Source: Octopus sinensis (taxonomy: Eukaryota). From it: 64,000 nt of DNA. Under the pieces are notes generated by a model that had not been told where the DNA came from, made no database searches, and saw nothing but the letters and a program-made list of their open reading frames with translations. The stretch's first letter is position 1, and each line of letters opens with the position of its first letter. The DNA lies in the NCBI RefSeq assembly GCF_006345805.1, contig NC_043004.1:58032001-58096000 (forward strand), read 5' to 3'. Made by a program: the position numbers and the translations under genes. This document shows positions 50,895 to 64,000 of the stretch, one piece after another.

Positions 50895-51330
50895 AATTCT
50901 TTTCATTATAAGCACGAATCTGAAATTCGTTGGGGGATGGCTAATCGATTACATTGACTCCAGTGATCTACTGATACGTATTTTATCGAGCTCGAAAGGA
51001 TGAAAGGTATTGTAGCCCACGGAAGTAAAATCAGAAGAATTGCCCCTAAACATCTTGTCCGACGCGTTAACGATTCTCCCAGCTCGCTGCCTTAGGCGTA
51101 TACATAAAGATATCTGTCAATGCAGTTCATGTTTTCGTCTGAATAACAATAATAATATTAATTCTTTCTATTATAAACACAAGGCCTGACACTTGATGTG
51201 GGGGGGGGGATAGTCGATTACATCGACCCCAGTACTCAACTAGTACTTAATTTATCGACCCCGAAAGGATGAAAGGCAAAGTCGACTTCTGCGAAATTTG
51301 AACTCAGAACGTAGCGACGGGAGAAATACA
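50895..51330 (-). mobile_element. Two family A SINE copies
   Basis: CGAAAGGATGAAAGG cores at about 50995 and 51262. Confidence 0.8.
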
Positions 51331-51366
51331 ACAACAACAATAAAAATAATAATGATAATAATAATG

Positions 51367-51416
<50 letters not shown>

Positions 51417-51417
<1 letters not shown>

Positions 51418-51845
51418 CACGCAAAAGTGACAAAGAAATGGAAAAGATTGAAAAGTACAGACTACTAAAAGAGGAAATTGCAAGAATGTGGACTGTGAGG
51501 AGAGTGCCTGTCATTCTAGTAGTTGTAGAGCACTCGGAGCACTAACAACCAAGTTCGAGAAATATGTTAGAGAAATTGGAATTGACATGGGGGCAGAGCA
51601 AAAAGATTTTAAAAAACTGTTCTGCTAGGGACAGCTAAGATTTTGAGATTGGTACCTGGATGTTGAATTTCTCCCACAATAATTTCTCCCACAACAACCG
51701 AGTATCAAAGCTTGTAATGTGCGGAAAGAGACCCTGTGAGACCCCTGACAGCAGGCTGCTGCTGTCCGCTCACACAGAATCTACCAGAGCAAACAAGACC
51801 GATCGTTCTGACAAGTAAAACAATTTTAATAAAAACAGTAATAAA
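51417..51845 (+). mobile_element. R4/Dong-clade non-LTR retrotransposon 3' end
   Basis: KEMEKIEKYRLLKEEIARMW..VPVILVVV/ALGA...KTVLLGTAKILRLV (frameshifted, stop at 51664-51666) matches the RLE endonuclease C-terminus; directly preceded by (TAA)n. Confidence 0.85.
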
Positions 51846-52349
51846 CTAGAAGTAAAGGTTCCACTGGCTTCAATCTTTTTTACATATATTTGCTTAAGTG
51901 TCTGTTTTTTGGAAATTGTTTCTATGCGTATAAACGTACCCTTTGCCTCTGTTTTCATCTATGGCAAAATGCATTATTTACAGAATTCAATTTCGTCTTG
52001 CACTATGTACAAAAATCTACTGCTCGTATACTGCATCGACATTGGTTCTCATCCCTCAGGCTAATTATCTGACTTTACTTTTCCTTTGCTTTGTGTATGT
52101 AATGTGAATATGTCTGTACATTTGTATGTATACATAAATGCATATGTGTCTGTATTGTGGGGAATAGATAAGACTGCAACGATTTCAAAGTCATTTCGGT
52201 TCCTGTTTGCTGTGGTTCTTGATTTTAATTTTGTACCTGGGAAATGAATGGATTGCCTGGTGTGTGTCTTGTTGCGGCTAACCTTTCCTATGGGGAACAG
52301 GCCTTGGTAAATAAAAAAAATAGACCTTTACCCTAGTGCATACACAATT

Positions 52350-52386
<37 letters not shown>

Positions 52387-52949
52387 CACATATGCATATA
52401 CACACACACATGCACAAACACACATTGGTGTAAGAGACTCGATAAACACAAGTCGATGATGAATCCTTTGCTTAGTCACTTGACCTGCTAGAAATAGCAG
52501 CAAAATAACCTTCAAATCATCCTCTACCGTTTTCAGCAAAGGAAGAATGCATTTCATAATGTAGTCTTGTATATTTTTATATTGTCGTAAGTTGGAATGT
52601 CTTTGATCAGCGGTCTCCGTCCAGGATTGATGTGGAGCTCTGTACTCTCACTGTCACAAAATATAGCAATACAATAGAATACTAAACTACATGATAAACC
52701 ATACCAAACTCCATCTGGGGAAATAATAAAATAAAGAAGAAAAAAAATCAGCTTCCAACGATAACTCCATCTATCGATCTCTACGCCACGTTACTCTACT
52801 CTCACTATTCGATAATCTGCCAATCACCCCCCACCCCCGTCCTGCTCTGCCAAACTGTTGTTTATGATAACATAAACTACTTTATTCACTGCAGCGTACA
52901 GGCCCATTCACAAGTTCAGTGCAGTCGTAGCGATAGTTACTACTACTAC

Positions 52950-53007
<58 letters not shown>

Positions 53008-53564
53008 TTTGGGTGAGAGAGCAGTTCATGCCATAAAGTGACACTGGGGTACAAATATACGAAGCCCAGTATACCCATCATGACTACCCGTCTGATAAGG
53101 GTACACCAGGCACATGCATCACAACCATATGTGCACGACATGGTGATCTCATAACAAGATAAACAGCGCATGACCTTGCAGGTGGGGCCCAGTTAGAATT
53201 TTCTTCAGGTTGAGTAGCCCATCCCGCTCAAAAGGTCCTTGAATAAGGGTTGTTTAAGGATGTTGAAAGAACCACCCATGTTTCCAGAGGTGAATTATTC
53301 AAACCCCAAAGAATCCCTCTCAACACACGGCTATGATGCTCCCCCACTACTTCTGCTTTTGATCAGAGATGCACATATCGTCAGCCACTAAGGACATGCT
53401 CAACTGGTTATGGTCAAACAACTGACAAGCAAATCTGTGGTATTGAGCAGAATATTTGCTGTAGCCCATCTTTTATACCAAAACAAAACAATGTACATGA
53501 TGACACTTCCAATCAGTTAAGATCAGAAGCCATGAGAGCCACTGCCTAGTACTGCATCAGGGCA

Positions 53565-53565
<1 letters not shown>
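53008..53565. mobile_element. Non-coding insert of about 560 bp within (ATT)n
   Basis: Complex, relatively GC-rich block flanked on both sides by long (ATT)n; no recognisable ORF. Confidence 0.55.
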
Positions 53566-53613
<48 letters not shown>

Positions 53614-53850
53614 TATTATTATTCAGAAAAGCGGCGAGCTGGTAGAATTGTTCGCACACTGGACAAAAAGCTTAGTGCTATTTCATTCGTGTCTTTACGT
53701 TGATTTTAAAATCCAAAGAAGACGACTTCGCCTTTCATCCTTTCGGGGCCGATAAAATAAGTACCAGTTGAACACTGGGGTCGATGTTATTGACTTAACC
53801 CTGCCCGCCAAAACTGTTGGCCTTGTTCTAAAATTTGAAACCATTACTAT

Positions 53851-54064
53851 TACTCTCTCTTTTACTCTTTTACTTGTTTCAGTCATTTGACTGCGGCCAT
53901 GCTGGAGCACCGCCTTTAGTCGAACAAATCGACCCCGGGACTTATTCTTTGTAAGCCCAGTACTTATTCTATCGGTCTCTTTTACCGAACCGCTAAGTGA
54001 CGGGGACGTAAACACACCAGCATCGGTTGTCAAGCAATGCTAGGGGGACAAACACAGACACACA

Positions 54065-54124
<60 letters not shown>

Positions 54125-54152
54125 TGTGTGTCTGTGTTTGTCCCACAACACA

Positions 54153-54195
<43 letters not shown>

Positions 54196-54349
54196 GACAG
54201 GTTTCTTTCAGTTTCCGTCTACCAAATCCCTCACAAGGCATTGGTCGGTCCTGGGCTATAGCAGAAGACAGTTGCCCAAGATGCCACGCAATGGGACTGA
54301 ACCCGCAACCATGTGGTTGGTAAGCAAGCTACTTACCACACAGCCACTT
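53851..54349 (-). mobile_element. SINE family B with rearranged internal microsatellite
   Basis: Family match; GGGACAAACACAGACACACAAACAT (54045-54069) is inverted at 54120-54144 around (TA)n. Confidence 0.9.
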
Positions 54350-54917
54350 CTATTATTCAGAATTGCTAAAGCATAGGAGAAAATACCATGTGACATTTCT
54401 TCACGTTCTAAGTTCAGGTACCACTGAGGTCAGTTTTACCTTCCGTCCTTTAAATGAAACCATTTAAATAAATACCTGAACTGGGGTCGATGATATTCAC
54501 TTAACCAATCAGCTGAACTTGTACTCTTGCAGAGTCAATTTCGGGTTGCGGTGAAATAGTAGAATTATTAAGGTGTTCGAAAATACCTTGCAGTATTTGC
54601 TCTGGCTCTCTAAATTCTCAGTAAAAAATCCCTCGGATGCCAGCTTTCTTCATCCCTCCAGGACAGGCCCGTCGGCAGATTTAGGTGCCCGGAGGGGCTT
54701 CAGAATATTTTGTGAGGCACAAATTTATTTTGCGGGAAGATTTTTGTAAACGGTATTTTTTTTAATCTGAGGGTGCAACATTGAATAGTGAAGAGACAGC
54801 GACGTCCAGTGACCCCACTCCCTCAGCGACAGGCATGCACAGGGGTCAAATAAAATAGTTTCAGTCAAGTATTGGAGTCAGTGTAGTCCACTATATATTC
54901 CCCCCTTCGTCAAACAT

Positions 54918-55296
54918 GGATCAACCGATCACGACGATGAGGGTTCCGGTTGATCCGAATCAACGGAACAGCCTGCTCGTGAAATTAACGTGTAAGTGGC
55001 TGAGCACTCCACAGACACGTGCACCCTTAAAGTAGTTCTCGGGGATATTCAGCGTGACACAGAGAGTGACACGACCGGCCCCTTGAAATACAGGTACAAC
55101 AGAAACAGCAAGTAAGAGTGAGAGAAAGTTGTGGTGAAAGAGTACAGCGGGGATCACCACCATCCCCTGCCGGAGCCTCGTGGAGCTTTAGGTGTTTTCG
55201 CTCAATAAACACTCACAACGCCCGGTCTGGGAATCGAAACCGCGACCCTATGACCGCGAGTCCGCTGCCCTAACCACTGGGCCATTGCGCCTCCAC
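54918..55296 (-). mobile_element. SINE family C
   Basis: Reverse-complement match to 33779-34171. Confidence 0.9.
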
Positions 55297-55861
55297 TAAA
55301 TTAGAAACAGTTATGTTTATTGTATATTATTACCTTATAAGGAAATAAGCAACAGCATTATACTATTCTACTATTTTTTTCCTTTCTTGTGTTCTTCGTT
55401 AGAATCATTGAAGAGTAAAAATATTTACTGAGTAGCTTCATTCATACTCCCGAAATAGTAATCGTGATATGATTTCTGGTGTTTGTAGTTATGTTCACGC
55501 GTGGCTGTGTGTGAGGCGCGTGCACGTGTGATCATGTGTAATGCTTGTGCTGTATGGGCAAATAGATTTCATAGATTTAATCTGATGTTTATTTCAGTGT
55601 AACGAAATAATTTACTCGTTGCATTTATTTACTTGGCCATATTTATTCAGTTCTTAGAAATTATGAATAATTAATGCACGCATTTCTGCATTATTTATGG
55701 GTATGTGAAAGTGCGTATGTACATACATATGTGTGTGTGTGTGTGTTTATATTTGTATGTGTCTTAGCCTTTTCGTGTGTGAACACATGTATGCAGATAA
55801 TCTATATACATACAAACATACATAGGTCATATATAATACTTTCTCTCACGCCCCCCCCCCC

Positions 55862-55905
<44 letters not shown>

Positions 55906-56339
55906 TGTTATGTTGGCTAATCTATATTTCAAGCATTATTGATCCTTAACTCGTGTTGACACATATTACATATACACAAAAACAACACTGTCCCTGTCGC
56001 AATCACATCCGAAATTCCTTGAAATGTGGAAGAGATTTTTATCTTCTTTTCCTTTCTTTTTTTTATTTTTTATTTTCATTAATTTGCATACAGGTCTACA
56101 TTCTTTAATCAAGGAAAACTGATTAAGTAAATCAACGGTTTTTGTTGCTGTTTTTCTTTTTTTTTTGTCATTGTATGAGAATTTTTGTTTTTTAATTTGA
56201 ATTTGGGTGTCCAAACGAAATGTATGGGAATGACATCAGCAACTAGTTGCACGCGCTGGAGACCTGCAAAACCGGGTCGAAGAAAACAATGGCAAGTTGA
56301 GTGAAGACAACATATTAATGTGCGTGCGTATGTTTGTAT

Positions 56340-56732
56340 TACTCTTTTACTTGTTTCAGTCATTTGACTGCGGCCATGCTGGAGCACCGCCTTTAGTCGA
56401 GCAACTCGACCCCGGGACTTATTCTTTTGTAAGCCCTCTACTCATTCTATCGGTCTCTTATGCCGAACCGCTAAGTGACGGGGACATAAACACACCAACG
56501 TCGGTTGTCAAGCAATGCTAGGACAAACACAGACACACACGCACACACACACATATATATACATATATATGACGGGCTTATTTCAGTTTCCGTCTACCAA
56601 ATCCACTCACAAGGCTTTGGTCGGCCCGAGGCTATAGTAGAAGGCACTTGCCCAAGGTGCCACGCAGTGGGACTGAACCTGGAACCATGTGGTTAGTAAG
56701 CAAGCTACTTACCACACAGCCACTCCTGCGCC
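56340..56732 (-). mobile_element. SINE family B
   Basis: Family match. Confidence 0.92.
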
Positions 56733-57274
56733 TTTTATATGCATAATATACATACTTGCACACACACACACACATACACACTTATAGGGACATACATTCT
56801 TACGCACATACTCTGCTCACACACGCACACATATACACACAGTGAAAACTGTTCATTTACAATCACGTATCAAACAGCTACCAAAATTGTCAAGTGAACC
56901 GCAAACAGCCAATCAATTTGCCTACGGAGATCAAAAACGAAACACAAAACAAGCTTGCTAGCTACACAGACATGGTAGGAGTATGCTGCTGCTGCTGGCA
57001 GCGGCGGTGGCGGTAGTGATGGTGATGCTGCTGCTGTTGTTGCTGCTGTCGCTAGAACAGGTACTGCTGATGTCTAGAGTGTGACGCTAGAATCCAATGT
57101 TTGTGCACGGAATGGAAACACTGGTTTGTCAAAATTAGTCTCGCTTACCGGTATTGGTGCACAACCCGTTTATCATAATCGCCGTTAATGAAGTGAAATA
57201 TTTCTAGTTCTTCAAATTTGTGGGTCTCGAATGATTTATTTAAAGTGAATTTCAAAATATTCATTTATCATTAA

Positions 57275-57474
57275 TATTATTATTATTTTATTTTTCTTCT
57301 TTCAAATTTGCTTCCATTTCTTGCCGACTGTCTTCCCGACTCCTAGGGCAAAGAAACTCATAGTATACATTGGTAGGCCATTAAACTAAACTCACTAGTT
57401 CGTTCATTTTTTTTTTAAAGTTAAATTAAAATACATGGGTAGTAATAGTTCTCACATCGACAATGCTCTTCTCA
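57275..57474 (-). mobile_element. Probable R4/Dong 3' terminus in (TAA)n
   Basis: Minus strand: (TAA)n, then RRALSM* (like ILRxxLSx*), a 3'UTR and a TAA-rich end. Confidence 0.5.
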
Positions 57475-58042
57475 TTATTATTATTATTATTAGTAGTAGT
57501 AGTAGTAGTAGTAGTAGCAGCAGTCGTAGTAGTAGTAGTAGTAGTAGTATTGTTGTTGTTGTTGTTGTTATCAAACATACAGTTACTGTCATAATCAATC
57601 CTCTGTTATAATAATTACTCAATGAGAGTTAACTCAGCTAAGCTATTCATCAGTCCGAGTATAACTTAATAAAATGAAGGTTACATTGTCGTTTGGGATT
57701 CCCTAGATAATTCACCGCAGATATGAGTTAAAATGAGTGGTGACTAGACCGCACAATCTCCACTTTTTATTTTCTATATCTGCCTCTGACATATATGTCA
57801 CTGAACGAGAAACATGATGCAACAGTACTTTAGAGAAAAGTTTATTTATCGACGTACAGTGGCAGTCCTGATAAGGACGAATGTTACTATTATTTAGCCC
57901 GAATAGTGTCCGCGCGTACCGTATGTGTGTGTATTGTGTATGTGTGTGTATTGTATGCGTATGACTGTGACAAAAATACTCAATTGTACTGTTGGTTTCA
58001 TGTAAGTAGCAGACCTTAAGTAAGTCAATACATCATAGGACC

Positions 58043-58417
58043 TACTCTTTTACTCTTTTACTTGTTTCAGTCATTTGACTGCGGCCATGCTGGAGCACCG
58101 CCTTTAATCGAGCAACTCGACCCCGGGACTTATTCTATCGGTCTCTTTTGCCGAACCGCTAAGTAACGGGAACATAAACACACCAGCATCGGTTGTCAAG
58201 CAATACTAGGGGACAAACACAAACATACACGCACACACACACATATATATACATATATACGACGGGCTTCTTTCAGTTTTCGTCTACCAAATCCACTCAC
58301 AAGGCATTGGTCGGCCCGAGGCTATAGTAGAAGACACTTGCCCAAGGTGCCACGCAGTGGGACTGAACCCGGAACCATGTGGTTGGTAAACAAGCTACTT
58401 ACCACACAGCCACTCCT
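58043..58417 (-). mobile_element. SINE family B
   Basis: Family match, with a small deletion between the two ACTTATTCT motifs. Confidence 0.92.
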
Positions 58418-58708
58418 ACCTGTGTAAATTTTTTTCTTTCTGCTGTAATTTAGACTGACCAGACAAATGTAGAATTGGACCCACTTAGGGCCCACTTCTT
58501 AGATGTAGTCAATGGTTGAATGCATATGAATAACAGTGTTATACTCATTAATTCATAAGTACCTCATGTTTCGCCTGAATTAGCTTATCTTAATTGTTGA
58601 ATTATATAACTCAATACATAACATACATATATATATATATATATTCATACATGTGTGTGTGTGAGTGCTTGTGAATGTGCGTTCATGTAAGGGACAGAGA
58701 GAGGGAGA

Positions 58709-58757
<49 letters not shown>

Positions 58758-59334
58758 AGAACAACTTCAAACTGACATAGATATGACAGTGTGGTGAAGA
58801 AGCTCGCTTCTCAACATCATGTCTCGAGTTCGGTCTCACTGAACGACAATTTGAGCAACTGTTTTCTATTCTGGCCATGGACTTACCAAAACTATGTGAG
58901 TGAAACTACTTGACATTAGAAAACGGGTCGCCAGAATTATCGTCTCCTTGGACTAAAGAGGAATTCCTCTTTGATTTCAGCATCAGAAACAGTGGAAATT
59001 TTTGGAGGTTTATAATGAGAAAAGAAAGCGCTGACGAATCCTTATCTAGAGACTTGACGCTTTATATAGGATGACCGAATTTGCAATGCAATATATTAAA
59101 CGATAAGTGTTTCTTTGAGTATCGTGAAGGATATTAACATTATAAAGCCCATGCTCTATGACATGACATTTTGCATACGTAATATTCATTAATGGCTTGT
59201 GAATTCCCTACACAAGAAACAGCAGTACTTCGTTGATTAGAGGAATATTAAGATGTCTACAACCTTTTATATGCAACTATACAGCAGATAACATTAAGTT
59301 TGTTTGCACAATATAAGCAAAAAACATGCGATGC

Positions 59335-59870
59335 CCATAATTTGGACTTGCTAGTGCAGTTGTGAACTCACTGGACAAGGGTGTCTTGTGCAGCTTATAA
59401 ATGAGCAGGAGAGCGAAGGTTCGGATCTTCAGGTCTCTCGTTCTCCCTGTCTTGTTCTATGATCGCGAGACTTGGACACTGTCTGGGATCTTTGCGGGGC
59501 GCTTAAACTCCTTTGAAACTAGGACGCTTCTCAGGAATATAGGTTACCGTTGGTTGGCTTTTGTATCTAACCAGCGGTAACCTATATTCAGAAACGTATT
59601 GTTACTCAGAACGCGTCAGCTCAGACTTGTTGGTTATGTTTGTCGATTTTCCAAGTTGGATCTTGCGTACCATGTTCCTTCCCTTCTCTGAAGATCTTAC
59701 TGGGATTATGACTCGTATTGTTTGACGATATGCCACATGATCATGGTGGATGAGGAAGTATCTCTTGATAATGGGCATTGCCTAGGATACTGCGGAACAA
59801 ACCGAGCAAATGCCGACAAACGGTGGGTCCAGCAACGTGCTGCAGCGGTACATGCCCCTATCTCTTACAT
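59335..59870 (+). mobile_element. Degenerate RTE-clade LINE (second family)
   Basis: GLASAVVNSLDK...SRRAKVRIFRSLVLPVLFYDRETWTL...IGYRWLAFVSNQR...RQLRLVGYVCRF...VGPATCCSGTCP. Confidence 0.8.
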
Positions 59871-59884
59871 TACCAACGACATAT

Positions 59885-60082
59885 AGGAGTAGCTGTGTGG
59901 TAAGTAGCTTGCTAACCAACCACATGGTTCCGGGTTCAGTCCCACTGCGTGGCATCTTGGGCAAGTGTCTTCTGCTATAGACCCGGGCCGACCAAAGCCT
60001 TGTGAGTGGATTTGGTAGACGGAAACTGAAAGAAGCCTGTCGTATATATATATGTATATATGTATGTATGTATGTATGTGTG

Positions 60083-60118
<36 letters not shown>

Positions 60119-60366
60119 TGTGTGTGTGTGCGTGTGTGTGTGTGTGGTGTGTGTGTGTGTGTGTGTGTTTGTCCCCCTAGCATTGCTTGACAATCGATGC
60201 TGGTGTTTTACGTCCCCGTCACTTAGGGGTTCGGCAAAAGAGAAGATAGAATAAGTACTGGCTTACAAAAGATAAGTCCGGGGTCAAGTTGCTCGATTAA
60301 AGGCGGTGCTCCAGCATGGCCGCAGTCAAATGACTGAAACAAGTAAAAGAGTAAAGAGTAAAGAGA
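59885..60366 (+). mobile_element. SINE family B
   Basis: Family match, with a long internal (TG)n. Confidence 0.92.
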
Positions 60367-61219
60367 TATACAAAATTACACGAATCTGTCTTCTTAGTAC
60401 GGTGTGCAATGTTTTTTTTCCATACAGTAATAAAAACTTATCTCCACAAATATAGCAGAACTTACCCGTCTTATTCTTGAATGCGCAATATATTATGTCG
60501 TAGGATGTACAGGAGTCAAACAAATCTGTAATATACAAATTCCCTTATATTCAAACAGATCGCGATCAAAGCGACCAGTTGTCAGCGTCGGTTGAGCGTC
60601 GGATAAATTCTCTACATTCGAGTTCAAATTCCACCCAGGCCAACTTTGCTTATATACTTTCTGGGTCGATTAATAAAATACCAGTCCTGTACGAAATCGA
60701 TTCTATCTCATTCTTTCTTTCCCCCGTCTACCCCCAACTCTGTCTCTCTCTCTGTCTCTGTCTCTCTATCTCTCTCCCTCTTTCTCTCTCTCTCTCTCTC
60801 GATCGATTTCTATTGCTGGAAGAAATCGGTTTTAGTCCCACACGGAGAGGGATGGGTTTCAGCAGGTCTAAAATTGCACAAAATACGCCGTGGTAGCACC
60901 CTAACAATTCTATCAAGGAGTTGAAGGCCCAAAGCAAAACAAAGTATAATAACAATTATCCTTCGACAGACTGAACCAATCAAGAGAGTTTGATTCGACC
61001 ACTGTAAATGAATTACAATTTATCAGGGAGTTTATTACTGAAATTTATATTATTGTATATAAAAGCCATAAAAATGAAGAAAAACTAAACGTGTTCGTTT
61101 TTATTGTCCATTTAGAAATTTATGCATTAACAGATTATAATAAAGGAAGTTTTCTATTGTTTTTATTAAGGGTTACTACAGTTTATAGTGCAAAGCTGAA
61201 GGTGGTTTGATTGTATTAT

Positions 61220-61455
61220 TCTTTTATTCTTTTACTTGTTTCAGCCATTTTGATTACGGTCATGCTGGAGCACCACCTCGAAAGGTTTTTAGTCGAATGA
61301 ATCGATCCCAGGACTTTTTAAAGCCTAGTACTTATTCTATTGGTGTCTTTTGCCGAACCGCTAAGTTTTGGGGACGTAAACACACTAACACAGGTTGTCA
61401 AGTGGTGACGGGGGAGGGACAAACACGGACACAAAGGCACACACATAAATATATA
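61220..61455 (-). mobile_element. 3' half of a SINE family B copy
   Basis: Tail and body match; ends at the internal microsatellite. Confidence 0.8.
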
Positions 61456-61741
61456 TGATGGTAAATTTTTTTTTAAATCGTTGACTCATCGTAGACATTT
61501 TTAGAGAGTTACTTCCCTTATATAATAGCGAAAAAAATGCATTAAAATGGAAAAAAAATGATGGTAAATTTTTTTTAAATCGTAGACTCATCGTAGACGC
61601 GCGCTAATACCCAGAAGGGCTCGATATGAATCACGACTATAAGATACCCGGTTTTGGTTAAACTGCACCGCAAAATGTGGAAGTAGTTAGGAATCTAAAT
61701 CGTAGGAGACAGACACACAATTTGACTTTTATATATAAAGA
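61456..61741 (-). mobile_element. Helitron copy lacking its 3' CTAG end
   Basis: 5' ATCTTTATATATAAAAG end and body match 11384 and 45314. Confidence 0.82.
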
Positions 61742-62435
61742 TTTGACTGACTAGTCTTTTATCAATGTCTCCTGTACAACTAAGATTAGTTTTATTATTG
61801 TTGGCATTGTTATTGCTTGCATTTTTATCCCTTTTTCATTGTCATTATTTTTTGTTCTACTCACTTTCCTATTTCCTCCCGATAAAAGCAACACAAAATA
61901 CTCATTTTTCGCTCAATCCAAAGAAGTACGACTTAACATTCACGTCCAGTTTGGTTAGAAGAGGAGTGGTAGGGAAGGAATTCTAACGAATACTAAAGCT
62001 GTGACTATCTTTTATCTTTAACTCGTTTTTGTCATTAAACTGCGGCCATGCTGGGGCACCACCTTCAGGAATTCTAGTCAAACTAATCGACCTCTGTGAT
62101 CATTTTCTTTTTAAGCCTGGTAATTATTCTATCGGAGCCTTTTGCCGAACCGCTACGTTAACCGCCGTCAAGCAGTCAAGCAGTGTCACACACACACACA
62201 CACACACACCTTACAGGAATCTTTCATCTTGCTTTTGTCTAGCATATCCACTCACAAGGATTTGGTCGGTCTGAAGCTATAGGAGAAGACATTTGCCCGA
62301 AGTGCTACGCAGTGGGGCTGAGCCTGTAACCATGTGGTTGCGAAGCAAACTCCATACAACGCATAAACAGATGTGTGTGTGTGTGTGTGTGTGTATCCAT
62401 GTGGTGTATATGATTATCTGTACGTATATACATAA

Positions 62436-62610
62436 AGGCGCAGGAGTGGCTATGTGGTAAGTAGCTTGCTTACCAACCACATGGTTCCGGGTTCAGTCCC
62501 ACTGCGTGGCACCTTGGGCAAGTGTCTTCTACCATAGCCTCAAGCCGACCAAAGCCTTGTGAGTGGATTTGGTAGACGGAAACTGAAAGAAGCCCGTCAT
62601 ATATATGTAA

Positions 62611-62661
<51 letters not shown>

Positions 62662-62860
62662 TCCCCCCAACATCGCTTGACAACCGATGCTGGTGTGTTT
62701 ACGTTCCTGTAACTTAGCGGTTCGGTAAAAGAAAACGATAGAATAGGTACTAGGCTTCCAAGGAATAAGTCCTGGAGTCGATTTCCTCGAATAAAGGCGG
62801 TGCTCCAGCATGGCCGCATTCAAATGACTGAAACAAGTAAAAGAGAAAAAAATAAGAGAA
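62436..62860 (+). mobile_element. SINE family B
   Basis: Family match; head-to-head with an older copy at about 62020-62360 (-). Confidence 0.9.
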
Positions 62861-62911
62861 AATATATATATATGCATGTATGTATGTATGCATGCATGTG
62901 TGCTTGTACGT

Positions 62912-62983
<72 letters not shown>

Positions 62984-63639
62984 TTAGATTAACTAAAGCG
63001 CCGAAACAGTATATGAAATTGAATTTGTAAACATAATGAAGCATATTTTTAGCCTCGCCATTTTGTTAATGAATGTTTTACATACATACATGTATCTGTG
63101 TGTGTGTGTGTGTGTGTGGTTGTGTGTGTGTGTTGTGTGCAGCAATAGCAACACTATATCTCAGTGAAAATTGATTTATATGGCATAATTGTAAAATTAT
63201 ATTATACCATTGTAAAACATATGTACAGATGCTAAGATCTGAAGAATAAATGACAACGTCGAGAAGTTGTATAATGATGAGAATATTAAATGATTGAACA
63301 TATTGCGTATGTAGATAAAATATATATTTTTTTCTTCCAAGTGAAGTTGTTTAAAAAATCGAATTGTCTGGCATATCGTTCAAGATATAGTAATATATTT
63401 GAAAAAAAAAATGTTCATGTGAGGGCAAATCACAAGATGAAGCAGTAGAAAAGATATAATTTATTGATTGGACACTTGGTAGGTATATTAGTTCCCATAC
63501 AAAATGAGGTTCCAAAATTCGTATGCGGTAAAATATTTCGGCAGCAGGTCCACCTCCATGATAAACATGATGTGAAAAGTACGCTAATAGAATTCGCCGT
63601 TAGATACATATGCCTATATGTATGTATGCATATACATAC

Positions 63640-63710
<71 letters not shown>

Positions 63711-64000
63711 TCAATATAGGGTGGCAAAAAAAAAAAAATTTGTAGAATTTTTTTGCCACCAGCGGCCTAGTGGGAAAAAATTAAATAGTCATAGACCATT
63801 TTTAAGTTCAACATCAACATCAAGGAACGGCCATAATAGGCCATTCACCCACTAGAAATAACAGCCAAAGCTTCAACCGCAAATAAAAATCAATTCCGTA
63901 AACAGGAGAAAATTTAAAAAACATTTACCCTGTAATTTCTTATACGATGCACCGTTTCATCTGCTGTTTAATGGTAAACTAACCTGATTAAATTAAATCA

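Noticed and set aside
54664-54837. Possible hAT MITE inside a SINE
   Set aside because: Only an imperfect 11-bp TIR and no convincing TSD.
56225-56320. Protein-like frame QQLVARAGDLQNRVEENNGKLSEDN
   Set aside because: In-frame stop just upstream, no good splice acceptor and no recognised homology.
63720-63760. GGTGGCAAAA...TTTTGCCACC hairpin
   Set aside because: Short and mostly homopolymer; cannot be assigned as a terminator or TIR.

Overview
AT-rich, microsatellite-saturated eukaryotic DNA. It is most likely from a coleoid cephalopod (Octopus-like); this is inferred from the recalled repeat repertoire, not from a search. No intact protein-coding gene, rRNA, tRNA or CRISPR array can be supported, and almost all ORFs in the track are translations of (TA)n, (CA)n, (CATA)n, (GATA)n or triplet repeats. 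The window is a mosaic of mobile-element copies: at least four tRNA-derived SINE types, a 5S-rRNA-derived SINE, and fragments of CR1-group, RTE, R4/Dong and Penelope-like retroelements. It also has two mariner relics, hAT- and piggyBac-type MITEs and a non-autonomous Helitron. Notable structure: (1) a CR1-group LINE, a tRNA-SINE and a 5S-SINE share one covarying 3' stem-loop tail; (2) SINE arrays are separated by re-used target-site duplications; (3) a young 172-bp satellite arose from SINE sequence; (4) a CpG-depleted domain at about 1.3-19.3 kb suggests a hidden methylated transcription unit; (5) foldback-plus-tail inserts recur in (TA)n; (6) R4/Dong-type inserts target (TAA)n. Coordinates of old degenerate copies are approximate.
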